Assembly (NCBI GenBank): GCA_943357015.1
Contig: CALRFZ010000001.1
Location: 1-52,776 of the forward strand
Direction of reading: 5' to 3'
DNA length: 52,776 bases
From: Candidatus Staskawiczbacteria bacterium
Lineage (GTDB): Bacteria; Patescibacteriota; Minisyncoccia; Minisyncoccales; Staskawiczbacteraceae
Both the position numbers and the translations under genes were made by a program. Below the pieces are notes generated by a model, which saw only the letters and a program-made list of their open reading frames with translations, was not told the DNA's origin and did no database searches. Position 1 is the stretch's first letter; every line of letters starts with the position of its first letter. Positions 30,355 through 40,739 of the stretch are shown in pieces.

Positions 30355-31734
30355 ATGGCTAATTATTTATTTTTTCTTAAGCCAATTAATAAGATTTTTA
30401 TCACTGCTTTTTGGTGGATTTTTTTGATGCTGGTAATTTTATTTGTCCCTTTTTTAAGAGTTTGGTGGTGGTTATTTTTTCCTCTAATTTTATCAATAGA
30501 ACTGCGAGTCTTGTATTTTTGGTGGATGAATTGGGATTACAAATACGCCAAAAAAAGGTGGGTAGTTTTAGAGGTTGTTCCGCCCAAGGAAGTACTAGTG
30601 CCACTAAAGGCTATGGAAGATGTTTTTACGGTAATGTGGGCGGCTAATTACACTCCCCCTAATTGGCGCGAAAAATGGTGTGAAGGAGAACTGGAAGATG
30701 CTTCAGGGTGGATGTCCTGGGAAATTGTTAGTATTGAGGGCCGATTACATTTTTATATTCGCGTTTTGGATGGCGCAAGATCTACGCTAGAAACTGTGCT
30801 TTATGGACATTATCCGGAATTAGAAATTTCGGAAGTTTCTGATTACACTAAAAATGTGCCTCAAAATATACCTAATGCCGAATGGGATGTTTATGGTGAA
30901 GATTTTGTTTTGGGTAAATCTGCGGTATATCCAATTAGAACTTACGAAAAATTCTTTGAACCGCAAGGAGAAAAAATTTCGGCGGAAGAAAAAAGACTTG
31001 ACCCTTTATCTTCTTTGCTAGAATTAATGTCAAGATTGGGTACTGGCGAACAATTTTGGTTGCAGTTTATTACAATGTCAACTGACGAGCCTCATTATCA
31101 AGAGGAAGCAAAAAAACTTATTGCTAAGTTATCTAATCGCTCAGTAAAATCGGTCAAGACTTTTTGGAGTTATGTTACTGATATGATATATAACCTGGTG
31201 ATGGGGCCGAAAAAAGAGGGTTCGGGCGAAAAAGCTACTTTTAAATGGCTTGATTCAGCCAAAACTGATGAAAGTTCAGATAGGGAGTTAGTGCTTTCTC
31301 CTGCCGAAAGAGAAACATTGACTGAAGTTGAAAATAAATTAAAACGTCCAATCTTAAGGACTAATATCCGCGGTGTTTATGTGGCCAAGCGCGAAAACTA
31401 TCAATCATCCAATCGCACTTTGACTCGCTCGTATTTTGCTCATTTTCAAACTCAAAATTTAAATCATATTAGGTTTTCCAAGGTTACTCGGCCCAAAACT
31501 CAATACGTTTTTAGAACTAGTATTCCTTTTATTAGAATTCGGCGTATGTTTCGTAATTACGTTAATAGATTTACACCTTTGTACCCAGATCGTAAAAAGG
31601 AAATGGCGCTTTTAAATACTGAAGAATTGGCAACATTGTATCATTTTCCATTAAAGATTACGGGTTTGGTGGCGCCTACTATGGCAAGAATTGAATCTAA
31701 AAAGGGTGGTCCACCACCAAATCTACCAATGTGA
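30355..31734 (+). CDS. Conserved membrane-anchored protein preceding the VirB4/TraG-like ATPase
   Basis: N-term TM; LEVVPPKE, SWEIVS, YPIRTY, LNTEELATLYHFP, PPPNLP. Confidence 0.65.
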   Translation: MANYLFFLKPINKIFITAFWWIFLMLVILFVPFLRVWWWLFFPLILSIELRVLYFWWMNWDYKYAKKRWVVLEVVPPKEVLVPLKAMEDVFTVMWAANYTPPNWREKWCEGELEDASGWMSWEIVSIEGRLHFYIRVLDGARSTLETVLYGHYPELEISEVSDYTKNVPQNIPNAEWDVYGEDFVLGKSAVYPIRTYEKFFEPQGEKISAEEKRLDPLSSLLELMSRLGTGEQFWLQFITMSTDEPHYQEEAKKLIAKLSNRSVKSVKTFWSYVTDMIYNLVMGPKKEGSGEKATFKWLDSAKTDESSDRELVLSPAERETLTEVENKLKRPILRTNIRGVYVAKRENYQSSNRTLTRSYFAHFQTQNLNHIRFSKVTRPKTQYVFRTSIPFIRIRRMFRNYVNRFTPLYPDRKKEMALLNTEELATLYHFPLKITGLVAPTMARIESKKGGPPPNLPM

Positions 31735-31765
31735 TTTTAGGTAGTGGTAAATTAAAATTTAAATT

Positions 31766-33640
31766 ATGGATAATCATAAGGTGACATTTTTTGGGTTAAC
31801 TTCTTTTAGAAATCAAAAGAAGAAATTTGGCATAAAACAAGATGATAGGCGTCGTCATTTTTATACTATTGGAAAAACCGGTATGGGTAAATCCAATTTA
31901 ATGGAAAATATGGCGATTCAAGATATTCAAAACGGCCATGGTATTGCCTATGTTGACCCGCACGGCGAGGGGGCAGAAAAATTACTTGACTTTGTGCCCC
32001 AGGAAAGAATTAACGATGTGATTTTTTTAAATCCCGCTGACTTGGATTTTCCGATTGCTTTTAATGTAATGGAAAAAGTTGATTTTAAATATCGACATTT
32101 AGTGGCCGGTGGTTTAATGGGTGTATTTAAGAAAGTTTGGCCTGATGTTTGGTCTGCTCGTATGGAATATATTTTAAATAATGTGATTTTGGCATTATTA
32201 GAATACCCAGATTCTACGCTACTTGGGGTAAATAGAATGTTGGCTGATCCAGAATATCGAAAATTAGTAGTGGCAGAAGTTAAGGATCCAATTGTTAAAG
32301 CCTTTTGGGTTACTGAATATGCTCGCTACACTCAGCGCTATGAAATAGAAGCTACCGCTGCCATTCAAAATAAAGTTGGGCAGTTTATGTCTAATGCCTT
32401 AATTCGTAATATTATTGGTCAGACAAAGTCTACAATTAATATGCGCAAAATTATGGATGAAGGCAAGATTTTGATTTTAGATTTATCAAAAGGCCGGATT
32501 GGCGAAGATAATTCTCGGCTTTTAGGAGCGTTGCTAATTACTAAAATTCAATTGGCGGCAATGTCGCGCGTAGATATTCCAGAAGACGAAAGAAATGATT
32601 TTTATTTATATGTGGATGAATTTCAAAATTTTGCCACCGAATCTTTTGCGAATATTTTATCTGAAGCTAGAAAATATCGCCTAAATTTAATTGTGGGACA
32701 TCAATATATTACTCAAATGGATGAAATTGTCCGAGATGCGGTATTTGGAAACGTGGGAACATTGGCAGTTTTTCGAGTTGGAGCTGAAGACGCGGAATTT
32801 TTAGAAAAAGAATTTTCGCCAGAATTTACCGCTGAAGACTTGGTTAATTTAAGTAAATATAATATTTACTTAAAGCTCATGATTGACGGCGTAGCATCTC
32901 ATCCGTTTTCCGCGGGCACCTTGCCTCCGCCCACACCTTTGGCGGTATCGAATCGTGATAAAATTATTCAGGCTTCCCGTGATTGTTATGGAGTCAAAAG
33001 AGAGATTGTGGAAGAAAATATAGTTTCTTGGCTGGGAGATCAAAAAGCTCCGTTAATTTTGGGTGATAAGGATAAAAGTGGTTTTTCTCGTTCGCAAAGT
33101 TCTGGTGAACAGCCGGTATTATACGATGCAATATGTTCAATGTGTGGTAAATCCACTAAAACTATTTTTGAGCCTCAAAAAGGCCGACCAGTTTATTGCA
33201 AATCTTGTTTGAAAAAAATTAAGGGAGAATCACCGCAAAATCAGGCAAGCAAGGTTAATTCCATATCAGTATTGACTGAAAAACCAGTTGAAAACTCAGG
33301 GGTATTGGCATCAAAAATTTTTGTATCACCCGCTAAACCAGTAGCGTTAGAACAGAAGATTGAAGAAGTGTCTTTTAATAATATGCAAAAAGCTAAGCCT
33401 GAGTCGTTGGTGGTGAAGTTTTCTCAGGATAAAACAAAAAGAAAAGAAATTAATTTAGTTGATCTTAAAAAAACCTTAGACGAATCGTTGCGTAAAAATG
33501 AGCAGTTGAAAAAAGAGTTAGTAAAAACAGTGGTTGCGATTATGCCAGTAGAAAGTAGTAAATCTGAGGATAATAATATTTTAAAAAAAGACGTAATTAA
33601 TCTGGAAGAAAAAACCGATACATCTAATGAAAACAATTAA
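31766..33640 (+). CDS. VirB4/TraG/HerA-superfamily ATPase with CxxC-x17-CxxC domain
   Basis: Walker A GKTGMGKS, DPHG, Walker B LYVDEFQNF, SEARKY; CSMCGK...RPVYCKSC. Confidence 0.85.
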   Translation: MDNHKVTFFGLTSFRNQKKKFGIKQDDRRRHFYTIGKTGMGKSNLMENMAIQDIQNGHGIAYVDPHGEGAEKLLDFVPQERINDVIFLNPADLDFPIAFNVMEKVDFKYRHLVAGGLMGVFKKVWPDVWSARMEYILNNVILALLEYPDSTLLGVNRMLADPEYRKLVVAEVKDPIVKAFWVTEYARYTQRYEIEATAAIQNKVGQFMSNALIRNIIGQTKSTINMRKIMDEGKILILDLSKGRIGEDNSRLLGALLITKIQLAAMSRVDIPEDERNDFYLYVDEFQNFATESFANILSEARKYRLNLIVGHQYITQMDEIVRDAVFGNVGTLAVFRVGAEDAEFLEKEFSPEFTAEDLVNLSKYNIYLKLMIDGVASHPFSAGTLPPPTPLAVSNRDKIIQASRDCYGVKREIVEENIVSWLGDQKAPLILGDKDKSGFSRSQSSGEQPVLYDAICSMCGKSTKTIFEPQKGRPVYCKSCLKKIKGESPQNQASKVNSISVLTEKPVENSGVLASKIFVSPAKPVALEQKIEEVSFNNMQKAKPESLVVKFSQDKTKRKEINLVDLKKTLDESLRKNEQLKKELVKTVVAIMPVESSKSEDNNILKKDVINLEEKTDTSNENN

Positions 33641-34691
33641 AGATTTTAATATCACAGGTAAAAGAGTTTTAATTAGGTGCGATTTTAATGTGCCTACTGA
33701 TGATTATGGAAATATTCTAGATGATTTTAGAATTCAAAAAACCTTGCCAACTTTGCAATACGCCATATCTCAGAAAGCAAAGATTATTTTAATGACTCAT
33801 TTGGGCAATCCCGATGGTGTAGTGGTTAATAATTTAAAACTAAATCAAATTAGAGACAGGGTAGAGAAGCTTTTGGGCGTAACAATTATGAAGGCGTTTG
33901 ATTGTATTGGTAGGGATGTGCAAAATCAAGCGTCAAGATTAAAAAAGGGAGAAATTTTATTGCTAGAAAATTTGCGATTTTATAAGGGAGAAAAATCTGG
34001 CGATGTAAAATTTGCTCAGCAACTTGCTAAATTGGGCGACATATATGTTAACGACGCATTTGGTGATTGCCATCGGCAAGATGCTTCTATTGCGCAAATG
34101 CCTCAACTCTTACCCAGTGGCGCTGGATTGTTGTTACAAAGCGAGTTAGAAAATTTAGATAAGGTTTTGAAAAATCCAACACATCCTTTAGTGGTTTTAG
34201 TGGGCGGAATTAAGGTGGAAACTAAGGTTAAATTTATAGAAAATATTTCTAAGATTGCAGATAGTGTTTTGATTGGCGGTTTAATAAAGAAAGAAATTAT
34301 TGGTCAGAAGATTAAATTTACTAATCCAGAAAAAATAATTGGACCGCAAAGTAATTTGGATGCATTAGACATTGGAGAAAAAACGATTAATATGTTTGAG
34401 GAAAAAATAATTGGCGCCAAGACTATTTTGTGGAATGGTCCGTTTGGAGAGTTTGAAAATAAAAAGTATAAAAAGGGAACATTAGAAATTGTAAAATCTA
34501 TGGTGGAAAGTGGAGCATATTTGGTAGCGGGTGGCGGTCAAACCATTGCATTTTTACGCCAAGAAGGTATGCTTGATAAGTTCAATCATGTTTCTACGGG
34601 AGGCGGAGCAATGTTAAGTTATTTGGCTGGAGATATTTTGCCTGGCATAAAGGCGTTAAATTATAATGAAAGTAAAAATAAAAAATCTTAG
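33627..34691 (+). CDS. pgk: Phosphoglycerate kinase (compact)
   Basis: RCDFNVP, HLG, LLENLRF, YVNDAFG, WNGPFG, HVSTGGGA. Confidence 0.93.
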   Translation: MKTIKDFNITGKRVLIRCDFNVPTDDYGNILDDFRIQKTLPTLQYAISQKAKIILMTHLGNPDGVVVNNLKLNQIRDRVEKLLGVTIMKAFDCIGRDVQNQASRLKKGEILLLENLRFYKGEKSGDVKFAQQLAKLGDIYVNDAFGDCHRQDASIAQMPQLLPSGAGLLLQSELENLDKVLKNPTHPLVVLVGGIKVETKVKFIENISKIADSVLIGGLIKKEIIGQKIKFTNPEKIIGPQSNLDALDIGEKTINMFEEKIIGAKTILWNGPFGEFENKKYKKGTLEIVKSMVESGAYLVAGGGQTIAFLRQEGMLDKFNHVSTGGGAMLSYLAGDILPGIKALNYNESKNKKS

Positions 34692-35820
34692 AGAGGCGTC
34701 TGATAGGATAAAAAAAGCGGTAAAAGATAATGAGAGAATTATTATCTACGCTGATTCGGATTGTGACGGAATTACTTCAGCGGTTATTCTTGAGGAAACT
34801 ATTAAAAATATCGGCGGGAAGGTGGATTTAGTTTTATTTCCTAATCGCGAGGATGATGGTTATGGTGTAAATAAACGCGCGTTGGAGTTTTTGCGGGACA
34901 AATCTCCGGCGCTTTTTATTACCTTAGATTTGGGTATTAGTAATGTGCGGGAGGTTGAATTGTTAAATAGTTATGGTTTTTCTGTAATCATTATTGATCA
35001 TCACCAAATTTTAGACAGAATTCCTGATGCAGAAATTGTAGTTGATCCTCAGCAAAAATATGATGAGTCAGAATATAAATATTTAGCTAATGTGGGCGTG
35101 ACTTTTAAATTAGTAGAAGAGATATTGGTTGGTGATTTTTCGGTAAATTTAAGAAATAGTTTTTTGGAATTAACAGCTTTGGCGACTATTTCTGATATGG
35201 TCCCGCAAATTGGCGATAATAAGATTTTTATTGAAGACGGTTTGCGGTCACTAAAAAATACCTTTCGCCCGGGACTGCGTGCTTTTTTGGATATTTTGGG
35301 TGAAGGCGAGGTTTTATCAGGAGGATTTTACAAAATAATTTCTTCTTTAAATGCGGCCGAATCTAAGGACTTTAAAAATGAGTCATATAATTTACTTGTA
35401 AGTTTTAGGCAAAATGATGCTATGGATTTGGCGCAAAATTTAATTGCTAAAACCAATTACAAACAAATAAAAATTAAAGAAATCAGTGAAGAAGTTGAGC
35501 GTCGTTTGTCGCAAAAAAAAACCGAAGCGATTATTTTTGAGGGGGACCCAGCGTGGCGGTCAATATTGGCGGGTCCTGTGGCATCTATTTTATTTAGCAG
35601 ATATAGTAAGCCGACATTTATTTTTAAAAAAGGTGACACAGAGTCTTCTGGTTCAGTGCGTAGTTCTGAGGATAAAAATTCTGTGGAAGCTATGAAAACT
35701 TGTAGTGAATTTCTAATTACCTATGGTGGACATCCGCAGGCTTCAGGGTTTAGGGTAAAAAATGAGGATTTGAATAAATTTAGAGAAAAACTTAATGATT
35801 ATTTTAACAATTTAATTTAA
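34666..35820 (+). CDS. recJ: RecJ-like DHH-family exonuclease (short)
   Basis: YADSDCDG, PNREDDGYG, IDHH, ATISD, GSVRS, GGHPQASG. Confidence 0.75.
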   Translation: MKVKIKNLREASDRIKKAVKDNERIIIYADSDCDGITSAVILEETIKNIGGKVDLVLFPNREDDGYGVNKRALEFLRDKSPALFITLDLGISNVREVELLNSYGFSVIIIDHHQILDRIPDAEIVVDPQQKYDESEYKYLANVGVTFKLVEEILVGDFSVNLRNSFLELTALATISDMVPQIGDNKIFIEDGLRSLKNTFRPGLRAFLDILGEGEVLSGGFYKIISSLNAAESKDFKNESYNLLVSFRQNDAMDLAQNLIAKTNYKQIKIKEISEEVERRLSQKKTEAIIFEGDPAWRSILAGPVASILFSRYSKPTFIFKKGDTESSGSVRSSEDKNSVEAMKTCSEFLITYGGHPQASGFRVKNEDLNKFREKLNDYFNNLI

Positions 35821-36263
35821 TGAAAAAAATTATTATTTATACTGATGGTGGGTCACGAGGTAATCCCGGCAAGGCGGCCATTGGTATAGTTTTTTGTGAT
35901 GAGCAGGGAATGGTGATTAAAAAATTTGGAGAATATTTGGGAGATAATTTAACCAATAATGATGCGGAATATGCGGCGGTAATTTTTGCTCTCAAGAAAT
36001 TTAAGTCTGTTTTTGGTAAAGAAGAAGCTAAATTAAGCGAGGTAGAAGTGCGTAGTGATTCGGAATTATTAGTTAATCAAATGAGCGGAAAATATAAGGT
36101 GGAGAATGAAAAAATCCAGAAATTTTTTATGGAAATTTGGAATTTGAAGGTTGAATTTGCAGATGTTAAATTTATTGCTATCCCACGCGAAGAAAACAAA
36201 GAAGCCGATAAGTTGGTTAACGAAGTTTTGGATGCTAAAATGTCTAATCAAAAGTTGTTTTAA
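35820..36263 (+). CDS. rnhA: Ribonuclease HI family protein
   Basis: YTDGGSRGNPG, TNNDAEY, SDSELLV, REENKEAD. Confidence 0.9.
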   Translation: MKKIIIYTDGGSRGNPGKAAIGIVFCDEQGMVIKKFGEYLGDNLTNNDAEYAAVIFALKKFKSVFGKEEAKLSEVEVRSDSELLVNQMSGKYKVENEKIQKFFMEIWNLKVEFADVKFIAIPREENKEADKLVNEVLDAKMSNQKLF

Positions 36264-36280
36264 TTGAAATTATTAAACAT

Positions 36281-36309
36281 TTGACAATAATTTTGTAATC
36301 TGATATTAT
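36281..36309 (+). promoter_or_regulatory. rnpB promoter
   Basis: TTGACA-N17-TATTAT with a TG extension. Confidence 0.7.
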
Positions 36310-36316
36310 AAATCTG

Positions 36317-36660
36317 TCCTAGCAAGATGAATGATTGCCCTGCTAATCCTTTATTTTTAAATGGTTGGCGGGGAGGAAAGTCCGAACACCAACTCTGTAA
36401 AAAGAGTTAAAATAATAGTGGCTAACGGCCATCCATCGTAAGATGCGAGGTGCGAACAGTAACGCCAAAACCGAAAGGTTACGGTACCCGTCAGGGTAAG
36501 TTTGGTAGAAATACCAGAATGAAACGGCTAAATCCTTATTGGGTGCAAGAACAAAGCTGAAATTATTTCAGTTAAAAGTAGTTCGCCAGAGGCAAGTAGT
36601 AATGTTTGCCCCAGATAGATAATCATATAATACAGAATTCGGCTTATAGTCTTGCTAGGA
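36317..36660 (+). ncRNA. rnpB: RNase P RNA
   Basis: GAGGAAAGTCC (36373) and ACAGAATTCGGCTTAT (36632) P4 elements; terminal P1 TCCTAGCAAGA/TCTTGCTAGGA. Confidence 0.93.
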
Positions 36661-36664
36661 TACC

Positions 36665-36698
36665 AAAAAACTCGATTTAATGTCGAGATTTTTGTTTC
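36665..36698 (+). terminator. Terminator after rnpB
   Basis: CTCGA...TCGAG followed by a T-rich tail. Confidence 0.55.
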
Positions 36699-36783
36699 TT
36701 GAAAGCTGTGTCAAAAAAGATTAGAATACGTTAAGCTTGTTGCATAATAAGTCTCGTAGTAAATGAGGTAATTAGTTTATTAG

Positions 36784-38421
36784 ATGAAATTTCTTAATAT
36801 TCAAACAAAGAGCGTTAGTTTTGCCTCTCTGATTTTAGCGGGGTCTTATTTGTTTTCAGCAGTATTGGGTTTGTTGCGCGACCGCCTTTTGGCTGGACGA
36901 CTTGGTACGGCCAAATTAGATGTTTATTATTCTGCTTTTACCATTCCAGATTTTGTCGCACTTTTATTGATTTTTGGAGCAATTTCTGCGGCCATTGTGC
37001 CGATTTTTAGTACTTATTTGGTTGAATCTAAGGAAGAGGCGTTTGAATATTTGGTTAATTTATTAAATATTTTTTTATCTTTTTTGATTGTAGTTTGTAT
37101 TATTTTTATTATCTTTGCGCCATTTTTGGTTAGTCTGATTGCCCCTGGGTTTTCATTAGAAAAAAAAGAAGCAACAACAGCCTTGATGCGCATTATGTTT
37201 TTAAGTCCGATTATTTTAGGTGTTAGCACTATTATTACGGGTATTTTGCAGGTGTTTCATAGGTTTTTGGTCACAGCTTTGGCGCCAATTATGTATAATT
37301 TGGGAATTATTATTGGGATTTTATTTTTTGTTCCATTTTTTGGTTTAAACGGCTTGGCGCTGGGAGTGGTTTTTGGTGGGTTTTTGCATTTGTTAATTCA
37401 AATTCCGGCCTTTTTTCATTCTGGTTTTACGTATAAATTGAATTTTAACTTCCGTCATTTTGGAGTGATTAAAACTCTAAAGCTTATGGTGCCAAGATCT
37501 TTGGGATTGGGCGCTGGCCAATTTAATATTATTGTTATTACCGCTATAGCCTCAACACTTATGGCAGGTAGCATATCAATATTTAATTTGGCCAATAACT
37601 TGTCAGCTATGATGGTAAATGCTATTGCAGCCTCGCTTTCTTCTGCTATATTTGTGCCGATGTCTCGTGCTTTTGCAGTTAAAGACATTAAAGATTTTGA
37701 ATATAAATTTCAGATTGCATTTTTACAAATAATATTTTTGACAATTCCAATTAGTATTTTGCTTTTCTTTTTACGCGCCCAAATCATTCGGGTATTATTG
37801 GGTACGGGTAAATTTGGTTGGCAGGATACTCGTTTAACCGCCGCTTGCCTTGGTATTTTTGCAATTGGATTATTTGGACAGGGCTTAATATTTTTATTAT
37901 CAAAAACATTTTATGCTGCCCATAACACTAAAATTCCAGCTTGGATTAGTTTTGGTACGGTGGTATTTAATATTGCTAGTAGTTTATTGTTTATTTGGAT
38001 TTTAAATTTTTCGAATAGTTTTTCTGATTTTTTACATTGGATTTTAAAATTGCAGGACATTGAGAATATCAGGGTTGTGGGGCTAGCTTTGGCTTTTACT
38101 ATAACCGCCATTTGTGAAGCTTTAATTTTATTATTTTTTGTTCATCGCAAATTAAAGGTGTTTAAAATTAGTAAAGTAGCGTCATCTCTTTATAAAATCA
38201 TAATTTCTGGTAGTGTAATGATATTAGTTATATTGCTGATTAGGGATGGTTTGGTAATTTATAATGTTGTTAATCTGCAAACTACTTTTGGGGTTTTTGT
38301 TCAATTGTTTTTGGCGAGTGTTTTTGGATTAATTGCTTATATTGGTGTTTCGTTTTTAGTGAAATCTTCTGAAATAAAAATTATCAGAGAATCTTTTTTT
38401 AAAAAGTTTGTAAAAATATAG
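36784..38421 (+). CDS. murJ: Lipid II flippase MurJ
   Basis: LGLLRDRLLA, AFTIPD, GAISAAIVP, FYAAHNTKIP; about 14 TM. Confidence 0.92.
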   Translation: MKFLNIQTKSVSFASLILAGSYLFSAVLGLLRDRLLAGRLGTAKLDVYYSAFTIPDFVALLLIFGAISAAIVPIFSTYLVESKEEAFEYLVNLLNIFLSFLIVVCIIFIIFAPFLVSLIAPGFSLEKKEATTALMRIMFLSPIILGVSTIITGILQVFHRFLVTALAPIMYNLGIIIGILFFVPFFGLNGLALGVVFGGFLHLLIQIPAFFHSGFTYKLNFNFRHFGVIKTLKLMVPRSLGLGAGQFNIIVITAIASTLMAGSISIFNLANNLSAMMVNAIAASLSSAIFVPMSRAFAVKDIKDFEYKFQIAFLQIIFLTIPISILLFFLRAQIIRVLLGTGKFGWQDTRLTAACLGIFAIGLFGQGLIFLLSKTFYAAHNTKIPAWISFGTVVFNIASSLLFIWILNFSNSFSDFLHWILKLQDIENIRVVGLALAFTITAICEALILLFFVHRKLKVFKISKVASSLYKIIISGSVMILVILLIRDGLVIYNVVNLQTTFGVFVQLFLASVFGLIAYIGVSFLVKSSEIKIIRESFFKKFVKI

Positions 38422-38434
38422 TCTAGGTTTTTTT

Positions 38435-40246
38435 ATGAGTCAAAATCATATCAGAAATTTTTGTATTATCGCTCACATTGATCATGGTAAATCCACTTTA
38501 GCGGACAGGCTTTTAGATATGACTAAAACCATCGCGACTAATAAAATCACCGCTCAGTTTTTAGATTCAATGGATTTAGAAAAGGAAAAGGGGATTACAA
38601 TTAAATTAAAACCTGTGCGAATGCATTATAATTGTGATGGCAAGGAGTATATTTTAAATTTGGTAGATACCCCCGGTCATGTTGATTTTTCTTATGAAGT
38701 TTCTCGGTCTTTGGCAGCGGTAGAAGGAGCGGTGCTGTTGGTGGATGCGACTCAAGGTATTCAGGCGCAAACTTTAGCTAACATTGACTTGGCCAAAAAG
38801 CAAAATTTGGTAATTATTCCAGTGGTTAATAAAATTGATATGCCAGCGGCCAGAATTGAAGAATCTTGTCAGGAGCTAGCCAATGTTTTGGGAATTTCGC
38901 CAGAAGATGTGATAAAAATTTCAGCGAAAAGCGGTTTAAATGTTGAGCAAGTGTTACGGGCTGTGGTAGAAAAAGTTCCAAGTCCTGAAGTGCGAAATCC
39001 TAGCGCAGAACAAAAGCCTTTCCGTGCGCTAATTTTTGATTCAACTTATGATTCATTTAAGGGGGTCTTGGCCTTGGTTAGGGTTATTGATGGCTCAATT
39101 AAGGATCGCGAAAAAATTGAATTACTGGCAACTAAAACTCAAGCAGAAATTAAGGAGCTTGGATATTTGGCGCCGGTAATTACGCCACGAGCTGAAATTT
39201 TTACTGGCGAAATTGGTTATATTGCTACTGGAATAAAAGAGCCCGGTAAAGTTCGGGTAGGAGACACAATTGCTAAAATTCAACCACCAAACGCGCCAAA
39301 AATTATACCACTTGGCGGATACCAAGAACCTAATCCGATGGTGTTTGCCAGTTTTTATCCGGAAAATCCCGAGGATTTTGAATTACTTAAAGTAGCTTTA
39401 TCAAAATTAAAATTGCAAGACCCAGCTTTAGTTTATGAGGCTGAAATGAAGGAAGCTTTGGGTCGCGGTTTTAGGTGTGGATTTTTAGGAACTTTGCATG
39501 TGGAAATTATTTCCGAAAGATTAGAAAGGGAATTTAATTTGGGTCTGGTAATTTCTACGCCGTCAGTAATTTATAAATTATTTAATAAGCGTGGCGAGGA
39601 GCAAGTCATTTATTCAGCTTCAGATTGGCCTGATCCAAGTGGTATTGAAAGAATGGAAGAGCCTTGGGTTTTGTTGGAAATCATTGCTCCGGCTAGTTAT
39701 TTAGGGAAATTAATGGATGTGCTAAAAAGCGTGGGCGGAAATTATTTGGAAACCAATTATTTATCTGCCGAGCGCGCTATTATTAAATACGAAGCCCCGT
39801 TGCGCGCCATTGTGGCAAACTTGTATGACAAAATAAAAAGTACTAGTCAGGGCTATGCATCTTTAAATTATGCGGTTTTGGGTTATCGTCCAGCGGTTTT
39901 GGTTAAAATGGAAATTTGGATTGCAGGTCGCGCGGAAGAAGCTTTTAGTAGAATTGTAGAAGAACACGACGCTCAAGAGCAGGGCAAAAAATTAGTAGAA
40001 AAATTAAAAGAAGCTTTGCCTCAGCAACAATTTACTGTAGCATTGCAGGCGGTAATTGGCGGTAAAGTGATTGCGCGAGAAACCATTAGTGCTCATCGCA
40101 AAGATGTGACCGGATATTTATATGGCGGAGATAAATCGCGTAAGAAAAAGTTGTTAGAAAAACAAAAAAAGGGTAAAGCCTTAATGAAGGATAAGGGTAA
40201 GGTGAATGTGCCAAGTAAAACTTTCTTGGAAATATTTAGGTCATAG
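38435..40246 (+). CDS. lepA: Elongation factor 4
   Basis: IRNFCIIAHIDHGKSTLADR, DTPGHVDF, GFRCGFLG, YGGD..RKKKLLEKQKKGK. Confidence 0.97.
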   Translation: MSQNHIRNFCIIAHIDHGKSTLADRLLDMTKTIATNKITAQFLDSMDLEKEKGITIKLKPVRMHYNCDGKEYILNLVDTPGHVDFSYEVSRSLAAVEGAVLLVDATQGIQAQTLANIDLAKKQNLVIIPVVNKIDMPAARIEESCQELANVLGISPEDVIKISAKSGLNVEQVLRAVVEKVPSPEVRNPSAEQKPFRALIFDSTYDSFKGVLALVRVIDGSIKDREKIELLATKTQAEIKELGYLAPVITPRAEIFTGEIGYIATGIKEPGKVRVGDTIAKIQPPNAPKIIPLGGYQEPNPMVFASFYPENPEDFELLKVALSKLKLQDPALVYEAEMKEALGRGFRCGFLGTLHVEIISERLEREFNLGLVISTPSVIYKLFNKRGEEQVIYSASDWPDPSGIERMEEPWVLLEIIAPASYLGKLMDVLKSVGGNYLETNYLSAERAIIKYEAPLRAIVANLYDKIKSTSQGYASLNYAVLGYRPAVLVKMEIWIAGRAEEAFSRIVEEHDAQEQGKKLVEKLKEALPQQQFTVALQAVIGGKVIARETISAHRKDVTGYLYGGDKSRKKKLLEKQKKGKALMKDKGKVNVPSKTFLEIFRS

Positions 40247-40256
40247 TTGATTTAAG

Positions 40257-40281
40257 AAATTCGCTCACTGGCGAATTTTTT
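40257..40281 (+). terminator. Intrinsic terminator after lepA
   Basis: AAATTCGC-TCACTG-GCGAATTTTTT. Confidence 0.6.
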
Positions 40282-40295
40282 GATACAATTGGATT

Positions 40296-40700
40296 ATGAA
40301 AATGCAAAAATCAATTTCAAATAAAATTCATTCGGGTTCAAAAATGGTGCGTTATTTTTTCTTTGTGGCGGGAATTACAGCAACTATTGCTTATCGAATT
40401 ACGCCGTTTTTAAGTCCCATAGCAGTAAAGATTTCTTGGTATGTTGGAACGGTGGGTTTTATTTTGTATTTTACGCATCGATCGCACGTAGAGAATAAGC
40501 GGGCAAATTTAGTCAAAGAATATAATTTAATTGATGCGGTTGAAAGGGGTAGTTTGCAGGGAGACCAAAAAACTGCAATATCGTATTTAGTCAAAACTAG
40601 TTTAACTTCAAAGGCGCGGTATAATTCCGCGTTTATTGTGGTGGTTTCTATCTTAGCTCTTATTTTTAGTATATTAATTGATCTTGGTTTTCGGTTTTAA
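40296..40700 (+). CDS. Hypothetical three-TM membrane protein
   Basis: ORF with hydrophobic segments, same strand as neighbours. Confidence 0.6.
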   Translation: MKMQKSISNKIHSGSKMVRYFFFVAGITATIAYRITPFLSPIAVKISWYVGTVGFILYFTHRSHVENKRANLVKEYNLIDAVERGSLQGDQKTAISYLVKTSLTSKARYNSAFIVVVSILALIFSILIDLGFRF

Positions 40701-40739
40701 TGCTGGCAAGTTGGTTAAATGATATTTGTAGAAAAATAT

